Below the pieces are notes generated by a model. It did not search any database. It saw only the letters and a program-made list of their open reading frames with translations, and was not told where the DNA came from. This document shows, one piece after another, positions 24,033 through 32,368 of a stretch of DNA of 53,187 nt. Origin of the DNA: a virus; the IMG/VR virus record IMGVR_UViG_3300045988_092074, positions 1-53,187 of that record; one strand, given 5' to 3'. A program made the translations under genes and the position numbers. Each line of letters begins with the position of its first letter. The first letter of the stretch is position 1.

Positions 24033-24593
24033 TTACATCATATCGTCATCCTGAACAGCATTCTCTCCACCGAAATCTTCTTCAGCTGTTGAACCACCGG
24101 CCAACATCTCTCCATCTTCGAGCTTCTGAAGGTTGTTCAACCCAGCAGCGATGCCTTTGGATGAAACATTGAAAGCATAGAAGTTAATTGAAGCGCGGCC
24201 ATAACAACCAGAGTAGAACTCGTCTCTGCTCATGATTGGATTGAGTGAGCGGTCTACAATGCTCGGCTGGCGCATCGAGTTTGCATTGATGAAATAGTGG
24301 TCCTCAAATGCAGGGTCATCCGGGCGCTCTTCATCGCCATCACGCAGAGGCAATTTGAGATTTGCTGGGATACGGCCGTTCTTATCTGCGAGTTTTGCCT
24401 TACCTGCTTCCTTTGCAGCTTCTATAGCTTTCTTGATTTTGTCAATAGTAGCCGTATCGCTCTTAGGAATAAGAATACAGATATTGTACTTGGGGGTATC
24501 ACCCTCATTCATAGCTGTGGGCTCGAACACATTTACATAACAAAATCTTACTTTGCCAGTTACTACTTTGGTTGAATTTACTTGATTACTCAT
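24033..24593 (-). CDS. ssDNA-binding protein (DUF2815-type)
   Basis: 186 aa. N-terminal GKVRFCYVNVFEP and acidic tail ...VQDDDMM. Conserved position between the DUF2800 nuclease and PolA. Confidence 0.6.
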   Translation of the reverse strand: MSNQVNSTKVVTGKVRFCYVNVFEPTAMNEGDTPKYNICILIPKSDTATIDKIKKAIEAAKEAGKAKLADKNGRIPANLKLPLRDGDEERPDDPAFEDHYFINANSMRQPSIVDRSLNPIMSRDEFYSGCYGRASINFYAFNVSSKGIAAGLNNLQKLEDGEMLAGGSTAEEDFGGENAVQDDDMM

Positions 24594-24616
24594 TTTCTTT
24601 AATTTTTAAGTTGTTA

Positions 24617-25819
24617 TTATTCTTTAAAATCTAATTGCGCTTGAGTATATCCCATTGCTGGTCTCTTGTCCTCAAGCGGTACAAGAGTAGGTTTGCCTTG
24701 TGGCTTGACAACCACATCTGAGAGTATTTCCTCAAAACGCTTTTTACCTACTAACTTCTCAATAGAAGTAATTGGTTTAAGCTTCATATTGAAAATCTCA
24801 TCCTCTGAAAGTTCAGGACAACGTGCAAAAATTGCGTTAGAAGCTTGATCTTCATCAGCCCATTTGCGCCGACTGATTCCTTCGACCAATTTAAGTCCTG
24901 GCCATTGCTTATTCTCGTTGATTGCTTTAGTTTGTGCGTATTCTGCTATTGAATTAGCCCACTCTATTAACTTAGGTGTGCGTTTAACTATATCAGCAAT
25001 CTCATCGTCTGTTAATAACTTTGGATCTGCGAATTCATGCCGTGCGATTTCGAGTTGTTGCTCATAAAGCTTACGGCATTGATTACGCACAGCACAAAAT
25101 CTGCACCAATCCCCAGCATTAAGATCTCCTTTGCCCTCAAAAGCGAGTTCAGCTCTTGGTCTAAGTTCTTCTTCTGCCCATCTGTGTAGTTCTTCAACAG
25201 ATATTTGCCAACTTGATATATTGTTAATACGAGGTTGCACAATAGTCAATCGTATTTCCGTTATATCATACATAGTGTCATATTTCTGCAAAGCCCCAAG
25301 TCCATAAAGCATAAGTTGCTTATTCCATTCAGCATACACTGGAACACCTTTTCCATATTTCAAGTCAATGACTTCCATAAGATCATCATTGATAATAACA
25401 CAGTCAGCTGTTCCAAAGCTTTCAGGCACATATTCTGTCAAATCAAGTTTCTGCTCGATTTCCATAACGGCTAACGGATTTTCAGTTCTTGCTTCAGCTA
25501 ATTGCTCTGAGCAATAATCCGTATAGATAGGCACGACTTCAAGCATTTCCTCGCTGAACAAATCATTCATCATTATCTCTTCGAGCCTTTGATCAAAATC
25601 CTGCTCGTTAACGCTGTCTAGCGTATCTTTTCTCAGATAAAGCTCTGAGAGCTCATGAGCTAATGTACCTTCTTCTGCATATACCGAAGACTTCTTTTCT
25701 CCGTATTCATCTTCAAGCTTGGCAGACGGAGTACAATTCAGCCATCTTCCTGCTCCAGAAGCCGAAAGAAGTGCATGACTTCTTTGGCTATGCTTCTGCG
25801 GTTTAGTACTACTTGCCAT
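24617..25819 (-). CDS. PD-(D/E)XK nuclease, DUF2800/Cas4-like with Cys cluster
   Basis: 400 aa. DCVII..x..VIDLKYGKG catalytic motif. Four cysteines (LNCTPS ... CRFCAVRNQC) as in Cas4/AddB Fe-S nucleases. Confidence 0.7.
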   Translation of the reverse strand: MASSTKPQKHSQRSHALLSASGAGRWLNCTPSAKLEDEYGEKKSSVYAEEGTLAHELSELYLRKDTLDSVNEQDFDQRLEEIMMNDLFSEEMLEVVPIYTDYCSEQLAEARTENPLAVMEIEQKLDLTEYVPESFGTADCVIINDDLMEVIDLKYGKGVPVYAEWNKQLMLYGLGALQKYDTMYDITEIRLTIVQPRINNISSWQISVEELHRWAEEELRPRAELAFEGKGDLNAGDWCRFCAVRNQCRKLYEQQLEIARHEFADPKLLTDDEIADIVKRTPKLIEWANSIAEYAQTKAINENKQWPGLKLVEGISRRKWADEDQASNAIFARCPELSEDEIFNMKLKPITSIEKLVGKKRFEEILSDVVVKPQGKPTLVPLEDKRPAMGYTQAQLDFKE

Positions 25820-25934
25820 TTGACTTATATATTTCTGCCAGTTTTGTTAATCCATAGCAACATCGAATATAAAGCATTGGATTTTCTCTACGAAACTTCT
25901 GAGCCATCTTTTGCAACTTCTTTGTACTTGACAT
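25809..25934 (-). CDS. Small ORF, 41 aa (below the ORF-track cutoff)
   Basis: My translation is MSSTKKLQKMAQKFRRENPMLYIRCCYGLTKLAEIYKSNGK*. It fills the gap between two genes. Confidence 0.35.
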   Translation of the reverse strand: MSSTKKLQKMAQKFRRENPMLYIRCCYGLTKLAEIYKSNGK

Positions 25935-25936
25935 AG

Positions 25937-26356
25937 TTACAGTGATTCTAAGAAGTTATACATTTCGTCATATTTAGCCGGGTCAAGCTTTGTCACACTC
26001 GGGGCTCCAAGCTCATTGAGTTTCTGCTTAATCTCGTCACGATGCTCATTGACTTTTTCTGCGAGCATGCCGCGAACATCCTCAATGTTCTTAGAGGCAG
26101 AAGAAGCAGCCGGAGCAGCAGGTGCTGAAGGTGCAGGTTTGGCAGCGCTTTGAGTCTGAGCAGGTGCTGCAGGCTGGGTAGTAGGTTTTGCAGGAGCTGG
26201 CTTTGCTGGTGCGGCAGGAGCAGCCGGAGCGGGCTTGGCAGCCGGAGCAGCAGGTGCTGAAGGAGCAATAGCATTACCAAACAATGACTTAATGAAATTC
26301 TGCGTATTTTCAGACAGGTTTACGCTAACCTCAACAGAAATTTTAATCGTTTCCAT
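25937..26356 (-). CDS. Two-domain protein with a ~70-aa Ala/Pro-rich linker, 139 aa
   Basis: APSAPAAPAAKPAPAAPAAPAKPAPAKPTTQPAAPAQTQSAAKPAPSAPAAPAA low-complexity core. Locally GC-rich DNA. Confidence 0.6.
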   Translation of the reverse strand: METIKISVEVSVNLSENTQNFIKSLFGNAIAPSAPAAPAAKPAPAAPAAPAKPAPAKPTTQPAAPAQTQSAAKPAPSAPAAPAASSASKNIEDVRGMLAEKVNEHRDEIKQKLNELGAPSVTKLDPAKYDEMYNFLESL

Positions 26357-26759
26357 TTTCGTAATTTTTAATAAAGTTATCTAAATAGTTAATAAACTCG
26401 CTTACTGTCATATCTGGTACGTTTGAGAGCTTCTGATGAATAAGTTCATTGTTCTTATATATAGATACGTACACGCCTTTATAATTCAGTTTTACCTTGT
26501 ATTCACCTTTAAGCATTGTCAGGCATCCGTCTTCAGATGAACCTTTCCAAGTATTTGCTGAAAACAAGTCAGTTACTAACACGCCAATATGATTGGCCAA
26601 TCGCTCTAGCTGTATAACATCCAAATTGGCTTCGCCTTTTAACACGCGGTCAAAGGCTTGTTTCGGATATTTAACAGTAGGAAATAACACCTTTGCTAAA
26701 TCTTCTGTATTTAGCTTGTAGTGCTCAATAACATTACCTATATTAAATTGTTGCTCCAT
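26343..26759 (-). CDS. XRE/Cro-type helix-turn-helix protein (putative early regulator)
   Basis: 138 aa. The N-terminus NTEDLAKVLFPTVKYPKQAFDRVLKGEANLDVIQLERLANHIGVLVTDLF fits an HTH_3-like pattern. First gene after promoter P4. Confidence 0.55.
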   Translation of the reverse strand: MEQQFNIGNVIEHYKLNTEDLAKVLFPTVKYPKQAFDRVLKGEANLDVIQLERLANHIGVLVTDLFSANTWKGSSEDGCLTMLKGEYKVKLNYKGVYVSIYKNNELIHQKLSNVPDMTVSEFINYLDNFIKNYENGND

Positions 26760-26780
26760 ATTTTGGTGATTTTTATTATC

Positions 26781-26828
26781 TTATTTTTGATATGCAAATA
26801 TACAAATTATTCTCGATAGAAAAAATTT
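26781..26828 (-). promoter_or_regulatory. Early-type promoter P4 (minus strand, -7 box = complement of 26795-26802) with a CGAGAATAAT box in the spacer
   Basis: The minus strand reads ttttttctatcgagaataatttg-tatatttgcatatcaaaaataagataat...ATG(26759). Confidence 0.6.
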
Positions 26829-26871
26829 ATTTCATTAATTTTGAGAATTTATTTTGTTAAAAATATTTAAG

Positions 26872-26904
26872 CGGCAATTTTAGTAGGAGGGCTTGAAATT
26901 GCCG
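26872..26904 (-). terminator. Hairpin, candidate terminator of the late transcription unit
   Basis: cggcaattt / aaattgccg is a 9-bp perfect stem with a 15-nt loop. On the minus strand it is followed by ttaaatattttt. Confidence 0.45.
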
Positions 26905-27023
26905 TAAACAAAGAAACAATAGAAACAATCTCCCCTATTATTTCAAACTTAATTTCTTAATTTCCGATTAACATTAGTGTTAATAAGAAATACCAGCTTT
27001 TACTACGAGAAGATTTAATGAAA

Positions 27024-27116
27024 TTATTGTTTATTTGTTTACAGCATATATAAGTAATTGATTTTGAGCACTTTAGGCGTAAACAATGGATTGTTTATAT
27101 TGTTTCTATTGTTTAC
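27024..27116. repeat. Iteron element copy B (homolog of 4583-4675). More half-sites at 26904-26930 (gtaaacaaagaaacaatagaaacaatc).
   Basis: See copy A. The last block overlaps the stop codon of the spanin-like gene. Confidence 0.85.
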
Positions 27117-27505
27117 CGCTTTATAAAGTATTTTGCACACAGCCCTATAATTATTAAGATTATGGTAGTTTTCAGGTATTCGTCTATGTTAATTTTTATC
27201 TTTTGCCACTTTGTGAGCTGAGCTTCCACAGGATATGCAATTTGAATCGTATCAACTTTTTCTCGCCAGAGAGTATCATGCTTTTCTATGTATTTATACA
27301 AATATTTATATTTACTGAGATACACGGTATCACCTTTGCGCTCTACATAGATTGAATCTCTATGATATATGCTATCAATTTTGGTCTGAGATAAGTAAGT
27401 AGTATCTCTTTTCATTGTTTCCACAGGCACATATTGAATTGACTTACAGCTGTATAATATAGTGGCTAAAAATATAAATGTAATTATTCTCGCTAATTCT
27501 CGCAT
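27113..27505 (-). CDS. Unimolecular-spanin candidate (N-terminal lipoprotein signal plus C-terminal transmembrane helix)
   Basis: 130 aa. MRELARIITFIFLATILYSC has a lipobox-like LYSC. The C-terminus TTIILIIIGLCAKYFIKR is hydrophobic. Last gene of the lysis cassette. Same architecture and size class as T1 gp11. Confidence 0.55.
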   Translation of the reverse strand: MRELARIITFIFLATILYSCKSIQYVPVETMKRDTTYLSQTKIDSIYHRDSIYVERKGDTVYLSKYKYLYKYIEKHDTLWREKVDTIQIAYPVEAQLTKWQKIKINIDEYLKTTIILIIIGLCAKYFIKR

Positions 27506-27544
27506 AATCTTCGAATTTTATTTGTTATTATTCATATTTAATAT

Positions 27545-27589
27545 AAAAACCATTCTCGTAATAATTTCTTATGTGCGAGAATGGTTTTT
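27545..27589. terminator. Bidirectional terminator-like hairpin whose stem is built from GAGAAT boxes
   Basis: aaaaaccattctcg / cgagaatggttttt is a 14-bp perfect stem with a 17-nt loop, flanked by A- and T-runs. It sits between the amidase and spanin-like genes. Confidence 0.65.
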
Positions 27590-27596
27590 ATACACT

Positions 27597-28010
27597 TCAG
27601 AGATCTTTATACTCGTACTTAGCATCAAAGCTGGGGCATGCCTTAGCTGCAAATTCTCTATGCCCATGGATAGTAGCATTTGGGTATTTTACCTTTAAGA
27701 TTTTCAATGTTTCGAGTAAAGATCGCTTTTGAGCCTCAGTGCGCGTATCTTTAGGAGTTTTACCGTCTTTAGCAACACCTCCTACATAGCATACTCCTAT
27801 AGAGTTCGCATTTTGGCCTGAACAGTGTGCTCCAGCTACACTTTCATCTCTACCTCTGTGAACAGAGCCATCGAGCTCAATCACATAGTGGTAGCCAATG
27901 TCTTTCCAGTGATTACCGTCCACATGCCAATCTCGTATGGTCTCTGTTTTGACATCCTGCCCTTCAGGAGTAGCAGAGCAATGGACTATGATTTTATTTA
28001 TCTTTCTCAT
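27597..28010 (-). CDS. N-acetylmuramoyl-L-alanine amidase endolysin (Amidase_2/PGRP, T7-lysozyme-like)
   Basis: IIVHCSATP...GYHYVI..DGSVHRGR...GAHC..NANSIGVCYVGG...HREF..KACPSF. The zinc ligands H, H and C are conserved. Confidence 0.85.
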   Translation of the reverse strand: MRKINKIIVHCSATPEGQDVKTETIRDWHVDGNHWKDIGYHYVIELDGSVHRGRDESVAGAHCSGQNANSIGVCYVGGVAKDGKTPKDTRTEAQKRSLLETLKILKVKYPNATIHGHREFAAKACPSFDAKYEYKDL

Positions 28011-28522
28011 ACTTTACCTTGCGCGATAAGTTCATAAAATAATTCAGCTAAATAGCCACCTCCTTGTTGCAAGCATTGCTCATCGATGCTTTTCAAAATT
28101 TTAGCTGTGTCAGACAAATCAATTGAGGCGTGCTCATCTGTAAAAATATCACCTTGCTTATCTTTTACAGTAACTGAGAAGTTAGCAGGTAAAGAAGCAT
28201 AGCCTACGTCCTTTTTGGCTTCAAGCATTAAGCGATTCATCTTTTGTAGATTAACCGTCAATTTTGTTTTGTCTGAACCTACAGACCATTCTCCGTTTCC
28301 TGCCTGACTTATTTCTGTAAAATCAGCGGCTGGAGAAAAGGTAAGCTCTGAATTGCTTACGAAATCTTCAAGAGTATTATATTTTGCAAAATCTATGATA
28401 ATCCAAGGCAGACTAGATTTACTTGCTTCATAATCATATTGCTTACGATACTCTTCGCTTACATACTTATTGTATTCGTATTCATTGCGAACTACGCTGA
28501 TACTAATTCCTTGCAGTTTCAT
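28007..28522 (-). CDS. Hypothetical protein, 171 aa (in the lysis cassette)
   Basis: ORF coupled to the holin and amidase genes. Confidence 0.55.
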   Translation of the reverse strand: MKLQGISISVVRNEYEYNKYVSEEYRKQYDYEASKSSLPWIIIDFAKYNTLEDFVSNSELTFSPAADFTEISQAGNGEWSVGSDKTKLTVNLQKMNRLMLEAKKDVGYASLPANFSVTVKDKQGDIFTDEHASIDLSDTAKILKSIDEQCLQQGGGYLAELFYELIAQGKV

Positions 28523-28992
28523 TTATATTTCTCATTTAGTGCTAATAATTGGTTTATTTTATTTAATATCTCATGGCCCTGCTCAGTAGTTGTAGCTTGC
28601 ACAATCTGTTTAACTATATCAGGTACTTCTGCAGCATGAGCTTTTTTACGTTTACTATTTTCAACTACAGATTTACCTTCAATGTATATAATAGCGACAG
28701 TGCATAGAATTGTGGCGAATGGAACTATATAGAATGATAACAAGCTCCCAAGTATATCAAACATAAGAGCAAAAAGCATCAGCCTTACATAATCACCGAT
28801 TTTTGTGATTGTTCTACGAAACCCATGTGACATTAATTTTTGGTCAAGTGCTTTTGCTGTTGTTGTTCCACTCCAGAAATCTACTATACTACTTAGTACC
28901 ATGAAAAGCCAGCAGGCTAAAATAATACAAACTCTAACGGCTATGAAAAATATAAGCCCATCAAAGTTTTTGGCTTCAATTAGTTCTAACAT
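28519..28992 (-). CDS. Holin candidate (3-4 transmembrane segments)
   Basis: 157 aa with hydrophobic helices (IFFIAVRVCIILACWLFMVLSSIV, LMLFALMFDILGSLL, IVPFATILCTVAIIYI) and a charged C-terminus. Lies upstream of the endolysin. Confidence 0.6.
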   Translation of the reverse strand: MLELIEAKNFDGLIFFIAVRVCIILACWLFMVLSSIVDFWSGTTTAKALDQKLMSHGFRRTITKIGDYVRLMLFALMFDILGSLLSFYIVPFATILCTVAIIYIEGKSVVENSKRKKAHAAEVPDIVKQIVQATTTEQGHEILNKINQLLALNEKYK

Positions 28993-28994
28993 GG

Positions 28995-29537
28995 CTATAC
29001 AAATTTTTCCCAGTCCAATTTGATTGCTTTCCCTATCGCGTCAGCAGTCCATCTACAAAAAATCATGCCATCATACCCGTCAGGGTCATTTGCTATTTTA
29101 TAAGCAGCTCTAAGGCACGATGCTTCATCTTTTAAAGGATCCGGGTAAAGATCTGCATAATACATGTTAGCAAGATATGCAGCATCCCCATGTGTTACAT
29201 GTTTAGGGATTGTTAGGCCTAAACTTTCCATGGACTTTTTAACCTGGCTTGTAGTCCAAGAATGTTGTTGGCCACTAGCATTTACCATCATTTTGCTTAC
29301 ATGTTCTGCAAGAGCATCTGTAAAGTGATAGCCATGCTTTTTTACATACTCAGAATATCCTTTAGCGGACATAAGAGCATTCGCTGCTTGCTCATAAGGC
29401 AAATCGAATTTAACCTCATGCTCACCGTACTCACCATGATGAGTAGATATTTTGCTTTCTACTACTACATCTTTGTGTTCCTTATCACGGCCACATTCAC
29501 GGTATTTTACTATAATACATTTTAATTTACGTCCCAT
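28995..29537 (-). CDS. Hypothetical protein, 180 aa
   Basis: ORF only. Confidence 0.55.
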   Translation of the reverse strand: MGRKLKCIIVKYRECGRDKEHKDVVVESKISTHHGEYGEHEVKFDLPYEQAANALMSAKGYSEYVKKHGYHFTDALAEHVSKMMVNASGQQHSWTTSQVKKSMESLGLTIPKHVTHGDAAYLANMYYADLYPDPLKDEASCLRAAYKIANDPDGYDGMIFCRWTADAIGKAIKLDWEKFV

Positions 29538-29542
29538 AGCTT

Positions 29543-30037
29543 TTAATTTTCAAATTTTTTGATGAAATTTTCCATCATTTCCTGTTGTTTTTTCATAAGT
29601 TCCTCCATATTGTTGATTGATGTCTCAATCTTACCGAAACGTTGTTCTGTTTCTTGCTTTTCCTTATACATAGGATTAAGCTCTGCGAGCAATGAAGGAG
29701 CTTTTTTAATAATGTTTTGTGCTTTAGAAGCAGAAGCTAAAACTTGTTCTGCACTTGCCTTCTGAGCTTCAACCTCACTTGCCAACCCAGGTTTTTCTGT
29801 TGCTAAAACGAGATGCCCAGCATAAGTAACTGAATGGTTTTCAGGAATAGTATATGTTGCTATTTTCCCATTAGCCTCTATAGTGACATCCACTACCATC
29901 TCAGTTTTACCGGTTTTCTGGTTCATTTCCAATCTAGGAAATGATACCTGAGTAGCTTTGCCTTGAATAATATCAAACTCCTGTGTATCTAGAATATATA
30001 CAGGATAATTCTGTTTTATGTCTTTAAACAATATCAT
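29543..30037 (-). CDS. Hypothetical protein, 164 aa (coiled-coil C-terminus)
   Basis: ORF only. Confidence 0.55.
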   Translation of the reverse strand: MILFKDIKQNYPVYILDTQEFDIIQGKATQVSFPRLEMNQKTGKTEMVVDVTIEANGKIATYTIPENHSVTYAGHLVLATEKPGLASEVEAQKASAEQVLASASKAQNIIKKAPSLLAELNPMYKEKQETEQRFGKIETSINNMEELMKKQQEMMENFIKKFEN

Positions 30038-30068
30038 ATAGCTTATCTTCTTAAGTTGTTAATAAAAT

Positions 30069-30107
30069 AGGGTACTCAGAAAAGTATAAAACTTTCCTAA
30101 GTACCCT
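30069..30107 (-). terminator. Rho-independent terminator-like hairpin after the 138-aa gene
   Basis: agggtact...agtaccct is an 8-bp outer stem with extended imperfect pairing inside. On the minus strand it is followed by attttatt. Confidence 0.55.
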
Positions 30108-30116
30108 TGATTTCAA

Positions 30117-30533
30117 TTAGGCTGCAGGCGCAGCAATAGAAACAGTCAAAGAACTATTAATAGCATAGCAATTGGATTTTCCGCATACTATTTTAATAAG
30201 TCCTTGAGTCATACCGACTTGAGTAATAACAACAGATGCAGGAAGTGTCGTTACACCTTGGAATGCAACCACAAATCGCTCATTGATTACTTGTGTTTCT
30301 GCTTGACATTTGCAAGCATTAGGAGTAACAATAGTGATTGTTGCTACAATAGGTACAAAAACCGTAGTTCCATTGAGAACTGGCGTTTCGTTCCTGTAAG
30401 TAACAGTTGCGAATGGTTGATTAGTAGAAGTTGCGCAAACGCAACGACACAATTTCTCCTTAAATGTGGCCAAGAACGAAACTTGGTTTGCCACAGGAGC
30501 AGCGGCTAAGCCTACTGGTGATAATGTAACCAT
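30117..30533 (-). CDS. Hypothetical Cys-containing beta-rich protein, 138 aa
   Basis: ORF with CRCVC, CKC and CGKSNC motifs. Followed by a terminator. Confidence 0.6.
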   Translation of the reverse strand: MVTLSPVGLAAAPVANQVSFLATFKEKLCRCVCATSTNQPFATVTYRNETPVLNGTTVFVPIVATITIVTPNACKCQAETQVINERFVVAFQGVTTLPASVVITQVGMTQGLIKIVCGKSNCYAINSSLTVSIAAPAA

Positions 30534-30559
30534 AATCTTTATAGTTTAATGGTTAAACA

Positions 30560-31432
30560 TTATTGGCCACAGCCACATCCACAGCTATTATTACAGCCAC
30601 AACCGTTACCACCAAGGCGAGATAACAACAGATTATTCTGGCGCTCTTGAGACAATTCAAACTTAAGATCTTGAATCTTCAGAGCTTGTTCATCCTTCCA
30701 GTGGTTATTCAGAGTATCGATGATGCGCTGAGTGTTGTCTTGACCGGCGCGAAGAATATCGCACTTATCTTGCTGAGCCTGGAAAGCAGTAGCTGAGAAA
30801 CCTTGTGTAATTGCAAAACCAAGATCGCGTTGGCCATTGCGAATCTCAGATGTGTCTTTACAGTTCTGAAGTAACAGATCAGCACGGAAATCTGCAATCT
30901 GGCGTTGAGTTTGGCAGCAGCAATTCTGTAAAGCTTGAATGATGTTGCAATCACCCAGGTTAACAGCATTGATAACGCGTTCAGCAGAGAAATTGACTTG
31001 ACCAGCAACTTGCTGAATAGCAGCTTGAATATCGCAGCAGCACTTCTGAAGAGTATTGAAGTCGATATTAAGCATCTGCGATAACTGGCTAATAGCAAAG
31101 CCATTGCCTTGAATAGCAGATTTAATGCAATCAGCATTCTGGTTATCCTGCAATTGAGTGCGGATGGCATTAAGCTGAGCTTGAGTTTCGATACCCTGTG
31201 TAGCGGCACCGGTTCCATCTCCATTAAAGCCAAAACCTCCATTGCGGAATAAAGCCAAGAACATGATGTACGCAAATGGATTGTTCATCCAGTTGTTCAT
31301 ACCTCCACTCATCATGGCGGCCATCGGACCCCAATCATCTCTGCGATTATTACCATTTGCTAAAATAGCAGCTGCAAGTGCGTTGTCGTTATTGTCACGA
31401 TCGCAACAGTAGATTCTTTCTACAGGTCCCAT
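30560..31432 (-). CDS. Cysteine-rich repeat protein, 290 aa (CCC triads, C-terminal GCGCNNSCGCGCGQ)
   Basis: N-terminus YCCD. A Gly/Asn/Met-rich hydrophobic stretch. Three Q/N-rich helical repeats punctuated by C, CCC, C, CCC, C, C. Cys-Gly tail. Confidence 0.65.
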   Translation of the reverse strand: MGPVERIYCCDRDNNDNALAAAILANGNNRRDDWGPMAAMMSGGMNNWMNNPFAYIMFLALFRNGGFGFNGDGTGAATQGIETQAQLNAIRTQLQDNQNADCIKSAIQGNGFAISQLSQMLNIDFNTLQKCCCDIQAAIQQVAGQVNFSAERVINAVNLGDCNIIQALQNCCCQTQRQIADFRADLLLQNCKDTSEIRNGQRDLGFAITQGFSATAFQAQQDKCDILRAGQDNTQRIIDTLNNHWKDEQALKIQDLKFELSQERQNNLLLSRLGGNGCGCNNSCGCGCGQ

Positions 31433-31516
31433 AATTCTGAAAAATTTAAAATTTGTTAAACAATAAAACTAATTTATATGTAAGTACCTCTCTAGAAAAG
31501 GTACAAAACACCAATT

Positions 31517-31957
31517 TTAAGATAGATGCACATAGATAATAGCTAGCTGGCTAGCCTCTATATCATTGGCGTCCAAGAGTTTCTCAAGGTTTGGGGTATC
31601 AAGCTTCTCCAGCTCTATGCCTGCATCCTCATTAAGGATCTTCTCGATAAAATCATTTACCTCTTTGTTGTAGCTTTCGATGGCAGATGACACTTCCTTT
31701 AACTCCTCTGCAGACATAGTAGGCTTACCACCAGTATTCACAGAGTCATTGTGTTCTCGAGCCTTTTTTGTCAACTCATCAAAGCCTTCAGGTTTTAATT
31801 TCTCAATAGCTTCCTTCACATCAGACTCATATGCCTCAGACACTGGGCGCAAACTTCTAAGGTTGTTAAGTACAATCATCTTTGAGGATGACACCATGCC
31901 AGTCAGCTTGCATCCGTTCAACACCTTGTATAATTCAATGGCTTCTTTCTTTTTCAT
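31517..31957 (-). CDS. Hypothetical protein, 146 aa
   Basis: ORF only. Confidence 0.55.
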   Translation of the reverse strand: MKKKEAIELYKVLNGCKLTGMVSSSKMIVLNNLRSLRPVSEAYESDVKEAIEKLKPEGFDELTKKAREHNDSVNTGGKPTMSAEELKEVSSAIESYNKEVNDFIEKILNEDAGIELEKLDTPNLEKLLDANDIEASQLAIIYVHLS

Positions 31958-32029
31958 GATCTATGTTTTTTATATTATAATTCAACTTGTAAGCCCGGTC
32001 GCATCGAAATAACACGACTGGAAAAATAA

Positions 32030-32323
32030 TTAATCCATCGTTACTGATACTTGATTCTCGATAGTGTCGATGTATTTCAAGACCTCACCGCTTACCTGAA
32101 GAACGGTAAATGTGCTATCATTTACATTGACACTCAATCCCCCAAATCTAGTGTAGTTATAGCTTCCGATATAAACGGCTTGCTTGTTATAAACCTGTCC
32201 GTTCGCCTCGGACACCTTGTTCTCGCTCGTTATCGTGACACGGCTCTCCTTGATATCAAGGATATCTCCGGTGCCATTAATGAGTTTTGTTACGCTCTCT
32301 GTCTTTACTTCTTGTAATGTCAT
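32030..32323 (-). CDS. Hypothetical protein, 97 aa
   Basis: ORF only. Locally higher GC than its neighbours. Confidence 0.5.
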   Translation of the reverse strand: MTLQEVKTESVTKLINGTGDILDIKESRVTITSENKVSEANGQVYNKQAVYIGSYNYTRFGGLSVNVNDSTFTVLQVSGEVLKYIDTIENQVSVTMD

Positions 32324-32368
32324 AATCTTTAGTTTTTAAAATGTTAATTATCAATGTTTATATATCCA

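Noticed and set aside
25993-26280. 95-aa alternative-frame ORF (Leu/Pro/His-rich) inside the Ala/Pro-rich gene.
   Set aside because: It is a frame shadow of a GC-rich low-complexity repeat. The annotated frame is continuous with well-formed N- and C-terminal domains.
30709-31275. 188-aa minus-strand ORF nested in another frame of the Cys-rich gene, and plus-strand ORF 30204-30509.
   Set aside because: Both lie entirely inside longer ORFs with better starts and coupling. They show no independent signal, so I treat them as frame shadows.
31484-31504. Hairpin gtacct...aggtac after the 146-aa gene, and hairpin cccggtcg...cgactgg at about 32000, considered as terminators.
   Set aside because: The stems are short and neither is followed by a U-run on the transcribed strand. 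This is not enough support to call them terminators.
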